Virus record (IMG/VR): IMGVR_UViG_3300027969_003844
Location: 32,001-96,000 of that record
Origin: a virus
DNA: 64,000 bases
Reading direction: 5' to 3' (one strand)
A model generated the notes under the pieces. The model was not told the origin of the DNA. It searched no databases and worked only from the letters and a program-made list of their open reading frames with translations. The translations under genes and the position numbers were made by a program. Of the stretch, positions 17,585-28,141 are shown in pieces; the stretch's first letter is position 1, and every line of letters begins with the position of its first letter.

Positions 17585-18814
17585 TTATGCTGATGATTCT
17601 ATATTTTTAAATATTTTAACTGGCAGGTGGTCTTCCACTGCCTTTTCGTTAATTATAACTTTACTTAATCCTTCTCGGGACAATTCTGGTAGATTAAATT
17701 GTGTATCCAATAGAATTTGTTCAATAATATTACGCAATCCACGTGCTCCAGTTTTTTTAGTTATACTTAGATTTGCAATTGCCAGTCTGGCGTCGGGTGT
17801 AAATTCTAAATCAACCCCGTCCATTTTAAAAACTTCTTTGTATTCGTTTTCAATGCTGTCATCAGGATCTCTCATAACACGCACCAGGTCTTTGCTACTC
17901 AATGATTCTAATGCAGTAATAACAGGAATCCGTCCCATAAACTCTGGTATCATTCCAAACTTGACAAAGTCTTCGGGTTCTACTTCGTTTAACCAATAAT
18001 CAACATTTACTTTAGAGGCAGTAACATCCGCGGCAAACCCAATCTTGGTGCCACCTTTGATTCTCTTTTTTACTTCTTCATCCAGACCAACAAATGCACC
18101 ACCTAAAATGAATAGTATGTTCTTTGTGTTAATGACATTTGAATCTTGGCCTGGATGCTTACGGCCGCCGCCGACTGGAACCCTGCATTCAGTTCCTTCA
18201 ATTAATTTTAGTAATGCTTGCTGAACACCTTCACCAGACACATCTCTGGTAATACTTGCACTTTCACTTTTGCGACCTTTTTTGTCAATTTCATCAATAT
18301 AAACAATACCTGTCTCGGCACGTTTAATGTCGCCGCCGGCGTTTTGTAATAGTCGATGAATAACACTTTCAACGTCTTCGCCTACATATCCGCTTTCGGT
18401 CAATGTAGTTGCATCAGCTACTGCAAATGGTACGTTGAGTTTTTCAGATAATTTTTGTGCCAATAATGTTTTACCGCTACCAGTTGGACCAATCAGTAAA
18501 ACATTACTTTTCTTAATAAGATTAGTTGAAGCACTATTATGTAATCTTTTATAATGATTACGTACTGCAACACTTAACGCTCTTTTTGCAACATCTTGGC
18601 CAATCACAAATCGGTCAAGGTAAGATTTAATTTCGCTTGGAGTGGTTGTATTATCAAATGATGATTTTTGTTCTTTACTGTCAGACAATGCTTCTAAACA
18701 TAAATTTATACATTCATTGCAAATATAAGCCTTGTCACCTGCAATTAGAGCCTGAACACTATCTCTATGTTTGTTACAAAAACTGCAATTTAAGTTAGAG
18801 GATTTATCAGCCAA
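17585..18814 (-). CDS. clpX: ClpX ATPase
   Basis: CSFC/CNEC Zn finger, [31 protein letters not shown] loop, TGARGLR; TTG start after GGAGG. Confidence 0.96.
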   Translation of the reverse strand: MADKSSNLNCSFCNKHRDSVQALIAGDKAYICNECINLCLEALSDSKEQKSSFDNTTTPSEIKSYLDRFVIGQDVAKRALSVAVRNHYKRLHNSASTNLIKKSNVLLIGPTGSGKTLLAQKLSEKLNVPFAVADATTLTESGYVGEDVESVIHRLLQNAGGDIKRAETGIVYIDEIDKKGRKSESASITRDVSGEGVQQALLKLIEGTECRVPVGGGRKHPGQDSNVINTKNILFILGGAFVGLDEEVKKRIKGGTKIGFAADVTASKVNVDYWLNEVEPEDFVKFGMIPEFMGRIPVITALESLSSKDLVRVMRDPDDSIENEYKEVFKMDGVDLEFTPDARLAIANLSITKKTGARGLRNIIEQILLDTQFNLPELSREGLSKVIINEKAVEDHLPVKIFKNIESSA

Positions 18815-19226
18815 ACAGAGCCTCCAGTAGTGTTGGTAAATCATCAACGTCTGAGAAGTGCAAAATTTCAGATGCTTTTAACAATGCAATAAACTCATCA
18901 TTGCCTGGCTTTACATAAAATATAATTGGATGCTCTAATTTTGCAATGGCTAATGCTACTCGTACTTCATGCTCTGTGCAACTTGCTACATCACACAGCA
19001 CCATGTTGCAATTATCAACAATATGCCAGTACCATACCCATGCTTTTGGATCTTTGACTCCTGAATCATTGGCATAGAATGTAATTTGATCTTGTATGCC
19101 ACTTTCAATGATTTCAACAATCTTATCTTGCCAAGACTTATCATTGCTTATTAAGCAAATTGCAACACCACCAGTGGGCATATATAGTGTGGGTGGACTT
19201 ACCACATAGACATTAGAATCGCTCAA
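18807..19226 (-). CDS. hypothetical protein
   Basis: 139 aa ORF. Confidence 0.65.
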   Translation of the reverse strand: MSDSNVYVVSPPTLYMPTGGVAICLISNDKSWQDKIVEIIESGIQDQITFYANDSGVKDPKAWVWYWHIVDNCNMVLCDVASCTEHEVRVALAIAKLEHPIIFYVKPGNDEFIALLKASEILHFSDVDDLPTLLEALFG

Positions 19227-19242
19227 AGTAAACCTTTAATTT

Positions 19243-20553
19243 TTAGTTGTCATTCTTAGGAAATACAGCTTGAAACCAACCTCGATTACGATGTTGTTTT
19301 GCAAGTTCTTCAGCACTTGCTTTATATATTTTATCAATATTGCTAGGTGCTTGTTGCTCAGATTGATCTGGCGCAGTCCATGCTTCTCCGGGTGTTCCAG
19401 GAGGGGCAAATTCTACAGGTGTAGATGCAACAAGTGGCACATTATCTGCAGGATTGCTGTTGGTGACTACCAGTGGGATTGGTGTTGTAGTAGCTGTTTC
19501 AACAGTTGATTTTTGCTCAACTATTTCTTCCTGGCGTACCTCTGCTTTGGCAACTTTTATAGCATCTGCTAACTCATCAATGTCTTCGTCGTTGGCAGGA
19601 TATACTGGAACAACGGTGACCACATCAGGTATGCTTTCGCTATGTATTTCTTCTGGCAATGTATCAGGGGAGTCTACTAACTTATCTGCCGCGGCTTCTT
19701 CATCTAATTTACGTGCAACTTCTTTACCACGTTTAAAAAACTCTTCAATGTCGTCAGTGGTTGATTCTTCTTCTTCCTCTCTGAACCATTGAAAGCTGTA
19801 CTGACTGGCAAGTAATAGTACAACTGCCAGCGGATCAAATACAATAACAATAATAACAATGACCCATGTTACTGCTTTATCTAAAATATTAGCATTTGGA
19901 TTATCACCATAGATAAAGTTAGCAATATATTTGATGGGTCCTACTTCGGCTTCTACTTTACGTACTTCTGCGGCAATAGGGGCACGTTCTTCATTTAGTT
20001 TGCTAATTGCTTTCTGGTCGGCCACTATTTCAGACTGTAGTCTTGCTCGTTCTTTTGCCTGTGCCTTGCGAATAGCAACTGCTTTGTCAGCCCCTGTTTC
20101 CGACGTACTACGACCCATAACTTGGTCAACTGCTTCATCCATTTGTTTAAGAGCCTTGCGATTGGCATCTATATTTTCTTTTGCTGTTTTAATCTTTTCA
20201 TCATACACACTAATCTTTGCCTGTACATCGCCTGACACCAGGCTTTGATCACTGTGTGCTTTACTTAGGAATCCAAAGATACCCATACTTGTAATCAACA
20301 TTAAAACTGCAATTGCAATCAGCAGATATGATTTAATTAAAAATGGTGCTCTTTTCCAATTTGTTTTAATCCAAACAGTGGCAACCAACTTGCTAATACC
20401 AAGTGCAACACCCATAATAATAATAGGAATAACTGCCGCGGCAAAGATTGCCATCAACCCCATGATGGAGTAGTATTCAGCAACTGCTGAAATGCATAAC
20501 CCACTTAACAATGTTAGATAGGCAATGATCCTATCAGTCGCTGATGCTTTCAT
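19243..20553 (-). CDS. membrane protein with coiled coil and acidic Pro-rich tail
   Basis: 3 N-terminal TM helices, coiled coil, VFDPLAV TM helix. Confidence 0.75.
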   Translation of the reverse strand: MKASATDRIIAYLTLLSGLCISAVAEYYSIMGLMAIFAAAVIPIIIMGVALGISKLVATVWIKTNWKRAPFLIKSYLLIAIAVLMLITSMGIFGFLSKAHSDQSLVSGDVQAKISVYDEKIKTAKENIDANRKALKQMDEAVDQVMGRSTSETGADKAVAIRKAQAKERARLQSEIVADQKAISKLNEERAPIAAEVRKVEAEVGPIKYIANFIYGDNPNANILDKAVTWVIVIIVIVFDPLAVVLLLASQYSFQWFREEEEESTTDDIEEFFKRGKEVARKLDEEAAADKLVDSPDTLPEEIHSESIPDVVTVVPVYPANDEDIDELADAIKVAKAEVRQEEIVEQKSTVETATTTPIPLVVTNSNPADNVPLVASTPVEFAPPGTPGEAWTAPDQSEQQAPSNIDKIYKASAEELAKQHRNRGWFQAVFPKNDN

Positions 20554-20894
20554 TCTTCATCCTCCTCCTCAGGGGCTTGGAAGTTAGTGGCCAAGCCTTG
20601 TTCAACTAATACTTCATTTATATTTAATGTTGGGTCGCCAGATTCGTTAGCAATATATGCCCAACCTAGAACTCTACCAAGTTTTGCTCTTTTAGTAATG
20701 ATAGGCTCAACAATAAGCCCGTCTTTACATAACTCTGTAAGTACAATACGTACTTCAGCATCTTTGCCAGAGCTTGCTACACCAAACAATCTAATTTTTT
20801 GTCTGCTGTAAACATTAAAACCAAGGTCTAGTTCTACGTCAAGTGTATCTGCACCGCGTACTTCTAACAACTTAGCTGGATATAATCTTCTCAT
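20550..20894 (-). CDS. thermonuclease (SNase)-like protein with degenerate active site
   Basis: ADTLDVELDLGF..IRLFGV..KLGRVLG..NINEVLVEQGLA. Confidence 0.7.
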   Translation of the reverse strand: MRRLYPAKLLEVRGADTLDVELDLGFNVYSRQKIRLFGVASSGKDAEVRIVLTELCKDGLIVEPIITKRAKLGRVLGWAYIANESGDPTLNINEVLVEQGLATNFQAPEEEDEE

Positions 20895-21574
20895 TATTGT
20901 TCTCTCGGTTTGATTCTATAAAATACATGATTGCCAATTTGACTCACAGAATCTTTGACTCTTTTGAAACTTGACCTCCATGCAATATATGTAGCATGAA
21001 AGTGAGTGGCACCGTTAGTCGGATCCTCTAATGCATCTGGGTCGTCAACTACTAAAGAAGCAATACCCGCGGCTTGGTACCAAAGATATCCATGAGGAGG
21101 CACTTTTGTACGATCGCATACCCATGCAAATTGGCATCCTGCTGGATTTCTTTGCTTTACTACACCACATAGGGTACTGGCATACCCTTCATTGAAGCGA
21201 TTCATTGTTACCTTTGCAACTGCTAGTTGCCCGGTAATGCTTTCGCCTCTACTTTCATAATAGATGTTTTCTGCCACACATCTAATTTGATTATCTGCTA
21301 CAACCTTATTAAGGCCGCCAGCATCATCAATTTTGGATTGAATTAACCTGGCAATTTTTTTGTCCCAGGTTTCATGTTTATGTCCACGATAGCGATCTGC
21401 TACCCAGTCTGAATATGACGAATACGTTGGATCGCCACTTATGCCATATGCATAAGATTTTGTATTGATACCAAATACAGTTATCAATACCAATAAGGCT
21501 ACAATAGCAACCTTTGTTAGCAAACGTGTTACCGGTTGCTTTGACATGCCCGAAGTAATGGGGGTCATGTGCAT
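20894..21574 (-). CDS. SleB-like cell wall hydrolase
   Basis: CVAENIYYESRGE, CQFAW, TNGATHFHA, IGNHVFY; N-terminal TM. Confidence 0.9.
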   Translation of the reverse strand: MHMTPITSGMSKQPVTRLLTKVAIVALLVLITVFGINTKSYAYGISGDPTYSSYSDWVADRYRGHKHETWDKKIARLIQSKIDDAGGLNKVVADNQIRCVAENIYYESRGESITGQLAVAKVTMNRFNEGYASTLCGVVKQRNPAGCQFAWVCDRTKVPPHGYLWYQAAGIASLVVDDPDALEDPTNGATHFHATYIAWRSSFKRVKDSVSQIGNHVFYRIKPREQ

Positions 21575-21606
21575 GTTACACCTCCTTTCTCAAGGATTGC
21601 CTCCAG

Positions 21607-22125
21607 TCAGGCCTTTGATGCTAATATAGCATCTAAAACTTCACCTGGGCTCTGGTATCCATAATCAACCTGGGTGTAGGTTATATCATGCTTGGCCAAG
21701 AGCACCGCAATCCGCCGATCGATCTCCAAGCTAGCTTGAAGATTATGCACACGGCCGCGATCATCGAACCACGGGCCGCGCTCTAGAAGCCCAACATAGT
21801 TGTTGTAACGCTTCCAAAGTTCTACTACCACAGTCTCCCAATGTTGAGGATAATCCTCGGGAGCATAGATAGCACTTAATAACACAGGACTGTCGGTAAT
21901 AACTATATCTACCGTTCCTTCTAGCCTATGTATCCTTTGCATTTGTCTACCAAATACATAAGCCTGATTTGAAAGAGCACAATGTCTACCTTCCCATACT
22001 AGATCTTTAGCAACTTCCGTTACTAATTCTGCATTCCACCCTCTGCGTTTTGCCTCATGGTAAAGGCCTGACGCTAGGGTGCTTTTTCCAGCACCTGGTC
22101 CAGCAATAACATTGATAACTTTCAT
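21607..22125 (-). CDS. P-loop NTPase (NadR/Ttd14-like AAA/kinase)
   Basis: GPGAGKST, EVAKDLVWE, ITDSP. Confidence 0.8.
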   Translation of the reverse strand: MKVINVIAGPGAGKSTLASGLYHEAKRRGWNAELVTEVAKDLVWEGRHCALSNQAYVFGRQMQRIHRLEGTVDIVITDSPVLLSAIYAPEDYPQHWETVVVELWKRYNNYVGLLERGPWFDDRGRVHNLQASLEIDRRIAVLLAKHDITYTQVDYGYQSPGEVLDAILASKA

Positions 22126-22160
22126 AGTGTTATTGTAGCATAATATTTATCTTAAGTCAA
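22126..22160 (-). promoter_or_regulatory. sigma70 promoter, apparently leaderless
   Basis: TTGACT-N17-TACAAT-N6-ATG. Confidence 0.75.
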
Positions 22161-22201
22161 TAAATTTAAATGCCCAACTGCTATGTTAAAGTTAGTTTTA
22201 A

Positions 22202-22564
22202 TTAGCCAATATCCCAATACATCTTGTTATGCAATTGATAAAACAAGTCTTTTTTCAATTCTATCATATCATCAGGTGATATTCTATACTGGTGCCCAAT
22301 GCCATTATGATATACAGAAATCCTTACATACGCACATGGTATTCGTGGTTCTGGTGATTGCATTTTAAGTTGAACTAGCCAATAACTTCCGTTTATTTCT
22401 TTATCAAATCCTTTGCCAAGGATGCTATAGTTATCTAGCATCTCTTGTAATACCAGCGTAGGCAAGTTAAAGGTCTGAGCATACTGTTCGCTTACTTTAA
22501 TGGTAAGATCGCTAGTGCCTTTGTCTTTGAAAACGTAAAGCTTAAATGTTTTAGAAAATTCCAT
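22202..22564 (-). CDS. hypothetical protein
   Basis: 120 aa ORF. Confidence 0.6.
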   Translation of the reverse strand: MEFSKTFKLYVFKDKGTSDLTIKVSEQYAQTFNLPTLVLQEMLDNYSILGKGFDKEINGSYWLVQLKMQSPEPRIPCAYVRISVYHNGIGHQYRISPDDMIELKKDLFYQLHNKMYWDIG

Positions 22565-22568
22565 AATA

Positions 22569-23702
22569 TTATTGCTTTACAAAGGTCAGGCCACCAAAAT
22601 CAGACATGATTGCTCCATTCCTTTCAATGATCCAATCAATCCAAGTTGAATATCCATCTCTGGGGTCAACAAAGGTAGGATTGGAATATACAACCGTGCT
22701 AGTTTTGTCAGTAACTGAAAACTTTTGTATCCACACTCCTTTGTATAAATCATTTGCATCTGCGGCAGTCCCGCCTGTTCTTAACACATATACAGAGTTT
22801 GTATTTTTAGAATACACAAAGTCTAAAATAATCCTGGCACCGTCAACTGCTGGAATTATCATTGTTGGTGTTCCAGTGAATTTGTTACTGCCAGGGTTTA
22901 TTTCAATGGCAGTTGGTTCAGCATATCCCCATTCAATTGCACCATATACCAGATCAAATTTGCCGTCATTGTTTACATCAATGGCTTCAATTTGAAATAC
23001 AGTTTTCTGTGTTGATGGTAATGCATATTCAGTTGAGCGAACAAACTTTCCAGTTTTATCATTTAGATAAACAACCAGTCCATTGAAGGTAGTGACAATT
23101 ACATCAGGATATCCATCGCTGTTAAAATCATTTGCGCTACCACCATGATAAAATCCAGTGTCGGAGTTTGATGTTGTTAAGTAGTCTGTTTTATATCTGC
23201 CATTGGATTGACTTAATACAATACGATTACGCTCGCCAGGAAAGGGCGGAGCATCATATCCGTGACAAACAATTATAAAGTCTAAAACACCATCTTGATT
23301 GTAATCTGCAGGCAATACTTTTCTTGGATGAATACACATTGGGACTGCTTCATCAATTAAAGAGTTAGAGGACCATGTTCCGTTTGCTTGTTTCCATAGT
23401 GTCAATGTTGCAGGTGGTGAATTGCTGGCAGTGTGTTGATTCACTACATAATTGAGACTTGTGGTTATTAGTCCTGCTGTACCATCTGTATATTTAAAAA
23501 ATGTTCGAGCATTTATCTGGCGTTGCAGTTGAAGTGAATCTACATAAAATCCTGGATTCTTTGAATTCTCATAAGAACTCAAACTGTACGTGATATTTTG
23601 CACAGGTGGCTGTACAGGTGGCGTAACAATAGTTGATCCGCCTCCACCACATGCGGTTAATACTACTGCCAGAGATCCAATTAAAAAATTACAAAGTTTC
23701 AT
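22569..23702 (-). CDS. FG-GAP/VCBS repeat lipoprotein
   Basis: lipobox LTAC-GGGGS; DYNQDGVLD, DFNSDGYPD, DVNNDGKFD repeats. Confidence 0.85.
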   Translation of the reverse strand: MKLCNFLIGSLAVVLTACGGGGSTIVTPPVQPPVQNITYSLSSYENSKNPGFYVDSLQLQRQINARTFFKYTDGTAGLITTSLNYVVNQHTASNSPPATLTLWKQANGTWSSNSLIDEAVPMCIHPRKVLPADYNQDGVLDFIIVCHGYDAPPFPGERNRIVLSQSNGRYKTDYLTTSNSDTGFYHGGSANDFNSDGYPDVIVTTFNGLVVYLNDKTGKFVRSTEYALPSTQKTVFQIEAIDVNNDGKFDLVYGAIEWGYAEPTAIEINPGSNKFTGTPTMIIPAVDGARIILDFVYSKNTNSVYVLRTGGTAADANDLYKGVWIQKFSVTDKTSTVVYSNPTFVDPRDGYSTWIDWIIERNGAIMSDFGGLTFVKQ

Positions 23703-23732
23703 AAAATTACCTATTAAGAAAAACTTGACCTA

Positions 23733-23761
23733 ATTGTAGCAATTTATATGAAACTTGTCAA
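23733..23761 (-). promoter_or_regulatory. sigma70 promoter of the lipoprotein gene
   Basis: TTGACA-N17-TACAAT. Confidence 0.7.
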
Positions 23762-23764
23762 TCT

Positions 23765-24580
23765 TTATTTGCAAGCGGCTCGTTTTGCGTTGGTCAATGC
23801 ACCAAAATCAACGATCCACTCTTTTCCAACTTGGACCTCTTTGGCGTTTTTAGGAAATTCAAACTGGACCTTTGCATTGGCCATGATTTCTTTGATTGGC
23901 TTACGGAACACGGTCAGATCATTTCCCAAGTTTGGATATGGTACTGTGTGTGGGAATGCCCAACCTGCTACTTCGCCGGTAGTTTTGTTGATCACAATCT
24001 TATAATACCCGTGCGGCACAATTACTCCATTTCCAATTTGTTTGTCATTGTTATCATAGTAGGCACCAACATAAATGATAAATGTTTGTTTATATTGTAC
24101 CGCCCAACCGCGAACACTGGTTTCTAGTAATTTCCAAATTCCTCGATTTAATGATCCTGCTTGAGGATACATATTGGTCATTAAAAAACTTTCGTATTCA
24201 ACTTGAGTATCCCAGCTTTGGTCGCCATCAGGAGTAGCATGTCCCTTATCATAACCAGTGCCTACATAGTCATCAGGACGAGCACCGTTTTTGATACTTT
24301 GGTCAGCAACAAAAGCATCAGTCCGAGGAACACATCCAATGGCATTCTGTGGCAATAGCTCATAGGTCACATACTGTGGTATCTTGGCTTCTGCATCGTA
24401 ACCTACCAGGTACCCCTGGCGACAAATTGGTACTAATGTTTTTGTTGAATCAGGAAACCCAAATGGTGAATGTGCTTTGCAGGCCTTGAGTGGTAAAGGA
24501 GGACGTTGTGTCCATGCAACAGCTGGTTGTGTAAGTAGTGCCATTAGCAGTACACCAAACACAATAATAAATTTTTTCAT
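23765..24580 (-). CDS. secreted DNA/RNA non-specific endonuclease (NucA family)
   Basis: signal peptide ending AVA; YDKGH, SFLMTNMYPQ, LNRGIWKLLE. Confidence 0.9.
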   Translation of the reverse strand: MKKFIIVFGVLLMALLTQPAVAWTQRPPLPLKACKAHSPFGFPDSTKTLVPICRQGYLVGYDAEAKIPQYVTYELLPQNAIGCVPRTDAFVADQSIKNGARPDDYVGTGYDKGHATPDGDQSWDTQVEYESFLMTNMYPQAGSLNRGIWKLLETSVRGWAVQYKQTFIIYVGAYYDNNDKQIGNGVIVPHGYYKIVINKTTGEVAGWAFPHTVPYPNLGNDLTVFRKPIKEIMANAKVQFEFPKNAKEVQVGKEWIVDFGALTNAKRAACK

Positions 24581-24606
24581 AAAGGTTCCTTAAAAACAGT
24601 AGTTAT

Positions 24607-26067
24607 CTAAAATATTGAAATCTGATGCAGGTCTTGAAATTTTCTAGCATTTGCCCAGGTGTTGACCAAGGGCTCGCCCTTGATATTTAAACTGGTATTC
24701 ATTAATACTGGACACCCACTTGCATCATACCATCTCTCTAGCAATTGTCTGAATACAGGGTTATCAAGACCATTGACTGTCTGAACACGGCTACTGTTAT
24801 CAACATGGCACACTCCCGGTAATATATCTGGTACCTTGCATTGAGCAACAAACTGCATGTAAGGACTAGATACAATTGGCATATCAAAATAATCAGCGGC
24901 ATGTTCTTCTAAGATAGCAGGCGCAAACGGTCTAAATTGTTCGCGCTTTTTAATAGTATTCATTCTTGGCTTGGCTTCTTTGCCTCTAGGATCACATAAT
25001 AAACTACGATTGCCTAGTGCCCGTGGCCCAAACTCTGCACGACCATTTGCCACTGCCACCACTTCGCCTGCTAGAAGCTTTTTAACAATACCATCAATGT
25101 CTAATTCTCTATCAATGTTTGTACCCAGATATGGATGTTCCCATTTTAAATGTTGACCAGTATAAGCAGCCACGGCGCCAATTGCACTGCCAGCATCTCC
25201 GGGATTTGGCATTATCCATACATTATTGAATACCTTAGATTTTGCAATCCTACTGTTGGCAACACAATTAAGTGCAACACCGCCCATGAATACTAAATTT
25301 TCACTTGTGGTGTTCATACGCATGTTAATAACAGTTTCCATCAGGTAGTCTTCAACAATGCTTTGTACACATGCGGCAATGGTGAACTTATCAGCAGTCA
25401 CAGGAGGCTTCCACCACAAACAGCCCCTGTGCAAATTGTGTCTTAACTTAAACTTGGGTGCTGAAAATTCAATGAAGAATTCTTTTAATATTTCAGATTT
25501 TAGCAATTGATCAACATGTCCGTATGCTGCCATGCCCATAAGAATATATTCTTCCTCATTGGGTTTGAGTCCCAGGTACTGAGTAAATGCAGAATAAAAT
25601 AGGCCAATGCTGTCAGGATAACGCTTGCGCCATTTAGATTTTATCTTGTGGCCATGTCCTTCCCAAATGCTAACACTATCCCATTCTCCAATTGCATCAA
25701 CAACTAAGATCGCGGCGTTATCAAAGCCACTGGTATAATATCCTGCGGCTGCATGACTTTTATGGTGTTTACCATAATGCAAAGGTATGTTGTTAAGGCC
25801 AACACGTTTTAATTCTTCTTTGGCACTTTCGTAATACGGACGCTGACCAGCATAAAGATTACGTGTACTTTTTAGTAATGGGCTTTCGAACCAGACAATG
25901 TCAGTGGGAGTACCATAATCAAACATTTCCTGTACCATGTCATAATTTAAAACACGGTCATTTTTATTTCTGCTGTACCGCTCTGCATGTCCAGCCCATA
26001 CTATACGATTTCCGTTGATAAGAGCTAAACTGGCATCGTGATTTAATCCTGTTGCTCCTAGAATCAT
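24607..26067 (-). CDS. NodU/CmcH-family O-carbamoyltransferase
   Basis: HDAS, HHKSHAA, VVDAIGE, MGMAAYG, GGVALNC, GDAG, EFGPRALGNRS, KKREQFRPFAP, NTSLN. Confidence 0.95.
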   Translation of the reverse strand: MILGATGLNHDASLALINGNRIVWAGHAERYSRNKNDRVLNYDMVQEMFDYGTPTDIVWFESPLLKSTRNLYAGQRPYYESAKEELKRVGLNNIPLHYGKHHKSHAAAGYYTSGFDNAAILVVDAIGEWDSVSIWEGHGHKIKSKWRKRYPDSIGLFYSAFTQYLGLKPNEEEYILMGMAAYGHVDQLLKSEILKEFFIEFSAPKFKLRHNLHRGCLWWKPPVTADKFTIAACVQSIVEDYLMETVINMRMNTTSENLVFMGGVALNCVANSRIAKSKVFNNVWIMPNPGDAGSAIGAVAAYTGQHLKWEHPYLGTNIDRELDIDGIVKKLLAGEVVAVANGRAEFGPRALGNRSLLCDPRGKEAKPRMNTIKKREQFRPFAPAILEEHAADYFDMPIVSSPYMQFVAQCKVPDILPGVCHVDNSSRVQTVNGLDNPVFRQLLERWYDASGCPVLMNTSLNIKGEPLVNTWANARKFQDLHQISIF

Positions 26068-26068
26068 G

Positions 26069-28141
26069 TTAAACTCTTTTCCATTTGCTTATTGAAATGT
26101 CTGCTCCGCAATGGCATCGTAGGCTATTGCAAATAACAGGATTAGATAATGTATTCCAATTAAGCTGGTCAAAATCCTTGACTGTTCCAATTACACCACC
26201 CACATCACAATTGCCTCGTTTGATATGACCATTTTGATGAATGAACAGACTCTCTACACCAATGTTACAATTAAAATCGTAAAAGTTTGTTTGTCCTCTG
26301 TTAATTAATTCTTGTTCATTGTCAATGATTGCACGACTGCCATCACTGAATGTAGCAGTTGGGCTCCATGGTGGGAATGGACGATATATTGGATTAGTAA
26401 CAGAAATATTGTCAGGCGATGACCGTGTTTCGACTTGCTTAAAATTCTTGAAGAATTGATTTTGTTCTTCAGAATAATTAATTTTGGCCAACTTGGTTCT
26501 AGAACTACCGTATTGATCGTCGATATAAACTAGTTCAATTCTAGCAGTTGTAGTTTTCTTTGCTTGGTCGATAAACTCTAATGTTTCTTCCCAGTACAGT
26601 GGATCCATCATTATACGCAATGACACCATGGTTTGCATTGTGGCAATACGTATGCGATCTAAATAATCTTTGGCTGTGCCATTGGCAAATTCTTGTGCAG
26701 GATGAAAACTACATGCCGCATAGGTCAGATACTTAAAATTTTCTTTAATGAATCGAGGTGTTCTTGCCAGGTTAGTGGTAATGCCAACATTGCCACCCAA
26801 GCTATGTATCTTTTGAACCATTTGAGGGAAGAACGGGCTCATTGTTGGTTCCCCACCACTGAGTGAAAAATTAATGTACTTTCCATCCCAGTGCTCAAAC
26901 ATCTTATCCAAGAAAGGTTCAATTTGTTCCCAATTAAACAAATGATTCTTTCCATTATGCAAAGACGATGGACAATATCTACAAGAATAATTACAGATAT
27001 CGTTAAGAATCCAAGTTACTATCACACGCTGTTCATTTTTAACTCCAACAATTTTTTTCCCTTGTACTGGGATTGGAAACTTCCATTGTGGGATTCTTGC
27101 TCTGGGATTTTCAATGCTTGAGTACATTTGAATATCGTCAACAATTTCAACATCCTGAATACTTCTAAATTTATTTAAATTAATGGTAATGCCAGTCACT
27201 GGAGAATAGATTTTTTCAAGCTGAACATCAACCAATCGTCCAATGCCCATAAAACCATCTCTATTATCTGGGTTGCGCCACTGGTAATCTAAATGCTTGT
27301 CCTCATCAAGTTCTTTGAACTTTTTCCAGTCATTGGTCAATGTGTACGGATCATAGGAGTCGTGGATTAGATAGCATAGTATTTCATTAGACCAAGATTC
27401 TTGACGAGTAATAGAATTGTTATCAACTGCCACTCCATCCCCGTCGGCCACAACCCGGCTTAGATTTTTACCTTCTCCGTTGTAGCCCAGTACAAGATCA
27501 CCAAATCTTAAATGCGACATAAAACTGGCGGCATCTTCGTTGGTGATTTCAAAATCACGGCGTGGATTAAAACTAATTAATAAATTTGCTTCAGTTGACG
27601 ATGTTGTTTCAATTGTGGGCTTCTCATCCGACGCAGATGCTGCCAATGTTTCTGCAATGGTAATGGCATCATTTAGTTGATTAAATGTTGTGTGGAAGTC
27701 TTCGTTGAATGTAATACCTGGCCATTGTAATGCTTCTGGACTATCTGCAGGGATTCGTTGATACGCAGTATCCCACCATTTTTTAGATAACTTTTCTGCT
27801 ACTCTTCCTTGATACTCATCAAATTGTTTATACAAATAATCAATAGCAGCCTGGTCGTATTTTTTAAAAATTGTCAATGGCTTGTCATAGAAAAGATTAA
27901 TCTTACGAATGATGTTGGTCAGACGCTCTTCAAATGCCATGTCTTTGGTTAAAAGAGTACGAGTAAATTTAATACGTTTATCCCTGAAACTTTTTTCTCC
28001 AAATTTCATATCTTCCAGTAACTGGCACCATTTAGCAGACAGCTTGGTATTATACAATCTGTAATACAGATCATAACATTCCCAGTTTTCTGGATTTACC
28101 AATGTAATCCTAACATTTTTATTGTCAATAAACTTTCCCAT
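26069..28141 (-). CDS. radical SAM enzyme with C-terminal SPASM/twitch, fused to an unknown N-terminal domain
   Basis: CNYSCRYC, SGGEPT, TTN; C..G...GNC...CNSLRCHC; ATG 28141 after GAGG. Confidence 0.88.
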   Translation of the reverse strand: MGKFIDNKNVRITLVNPENWECYDLYYRLYNTKLSAKWCQLLEDMKFGEKSFRDKRIKFTRTLLTKDMAFEERLTNIIRKINLFYDKPLTIFKKYDQAAIDYLYKQFDEYQGRVAEKLSKKWWDTAYQRIPADSPEALQWPGITFNEDFHTTFNQLNDAITIAETLAASASDEKPTIETTSSTEANLLISFNPRRDFEITNEDAASFMSHLRFGDLVLGYNGEGKNLSRVVADGDGVAVDNNSITRQESWSNEILCYLIHDSYDPYTLTNDWKKFKELDEDKHLDYQWRNPDNRDGFMGIGRLVDVQLEKIYSPVTGITINLNKFRSIQDVEIVDDIQMYSSIENPRARIPQWKFPIPVQGKKIVGVKNEQRVIVTWILNDICNYSCRYCPSSLHNGKNHLFNWEQIEPFLDKMFEHWDGKYINFSLSGGEPTMSPFFPQMVQKIHSLGGNVGITTNLARTPRFIKENFKYLTYAACSFHPAQEFANGTAKDYLDRIRIATMQTMVSLRIMMDPLYWEETLEFIDQAKKTTTARIELVYIDDQYGSSRTKLAKINYSEEQNQFFKNFKQVETRSSPDNISVTNPIYRPFPPWSPTATFSDGSRAIIDNEQELINRGQTNFYDFNCNIGVESLFIHQNGHIKRGNCDVGGVIGTVKDFDQLNWNTLSNPVICNSLRCHCGADISISKWKRV

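Noticed and set aside
26069-28141. Viperin-like or QueE identity for the rSAM genes
   Set aside because: Auxiliary Cys clusters, lengths and surrounding motifs do not match what I expect for viperin or QueE; cannot be supported without HMM searches.
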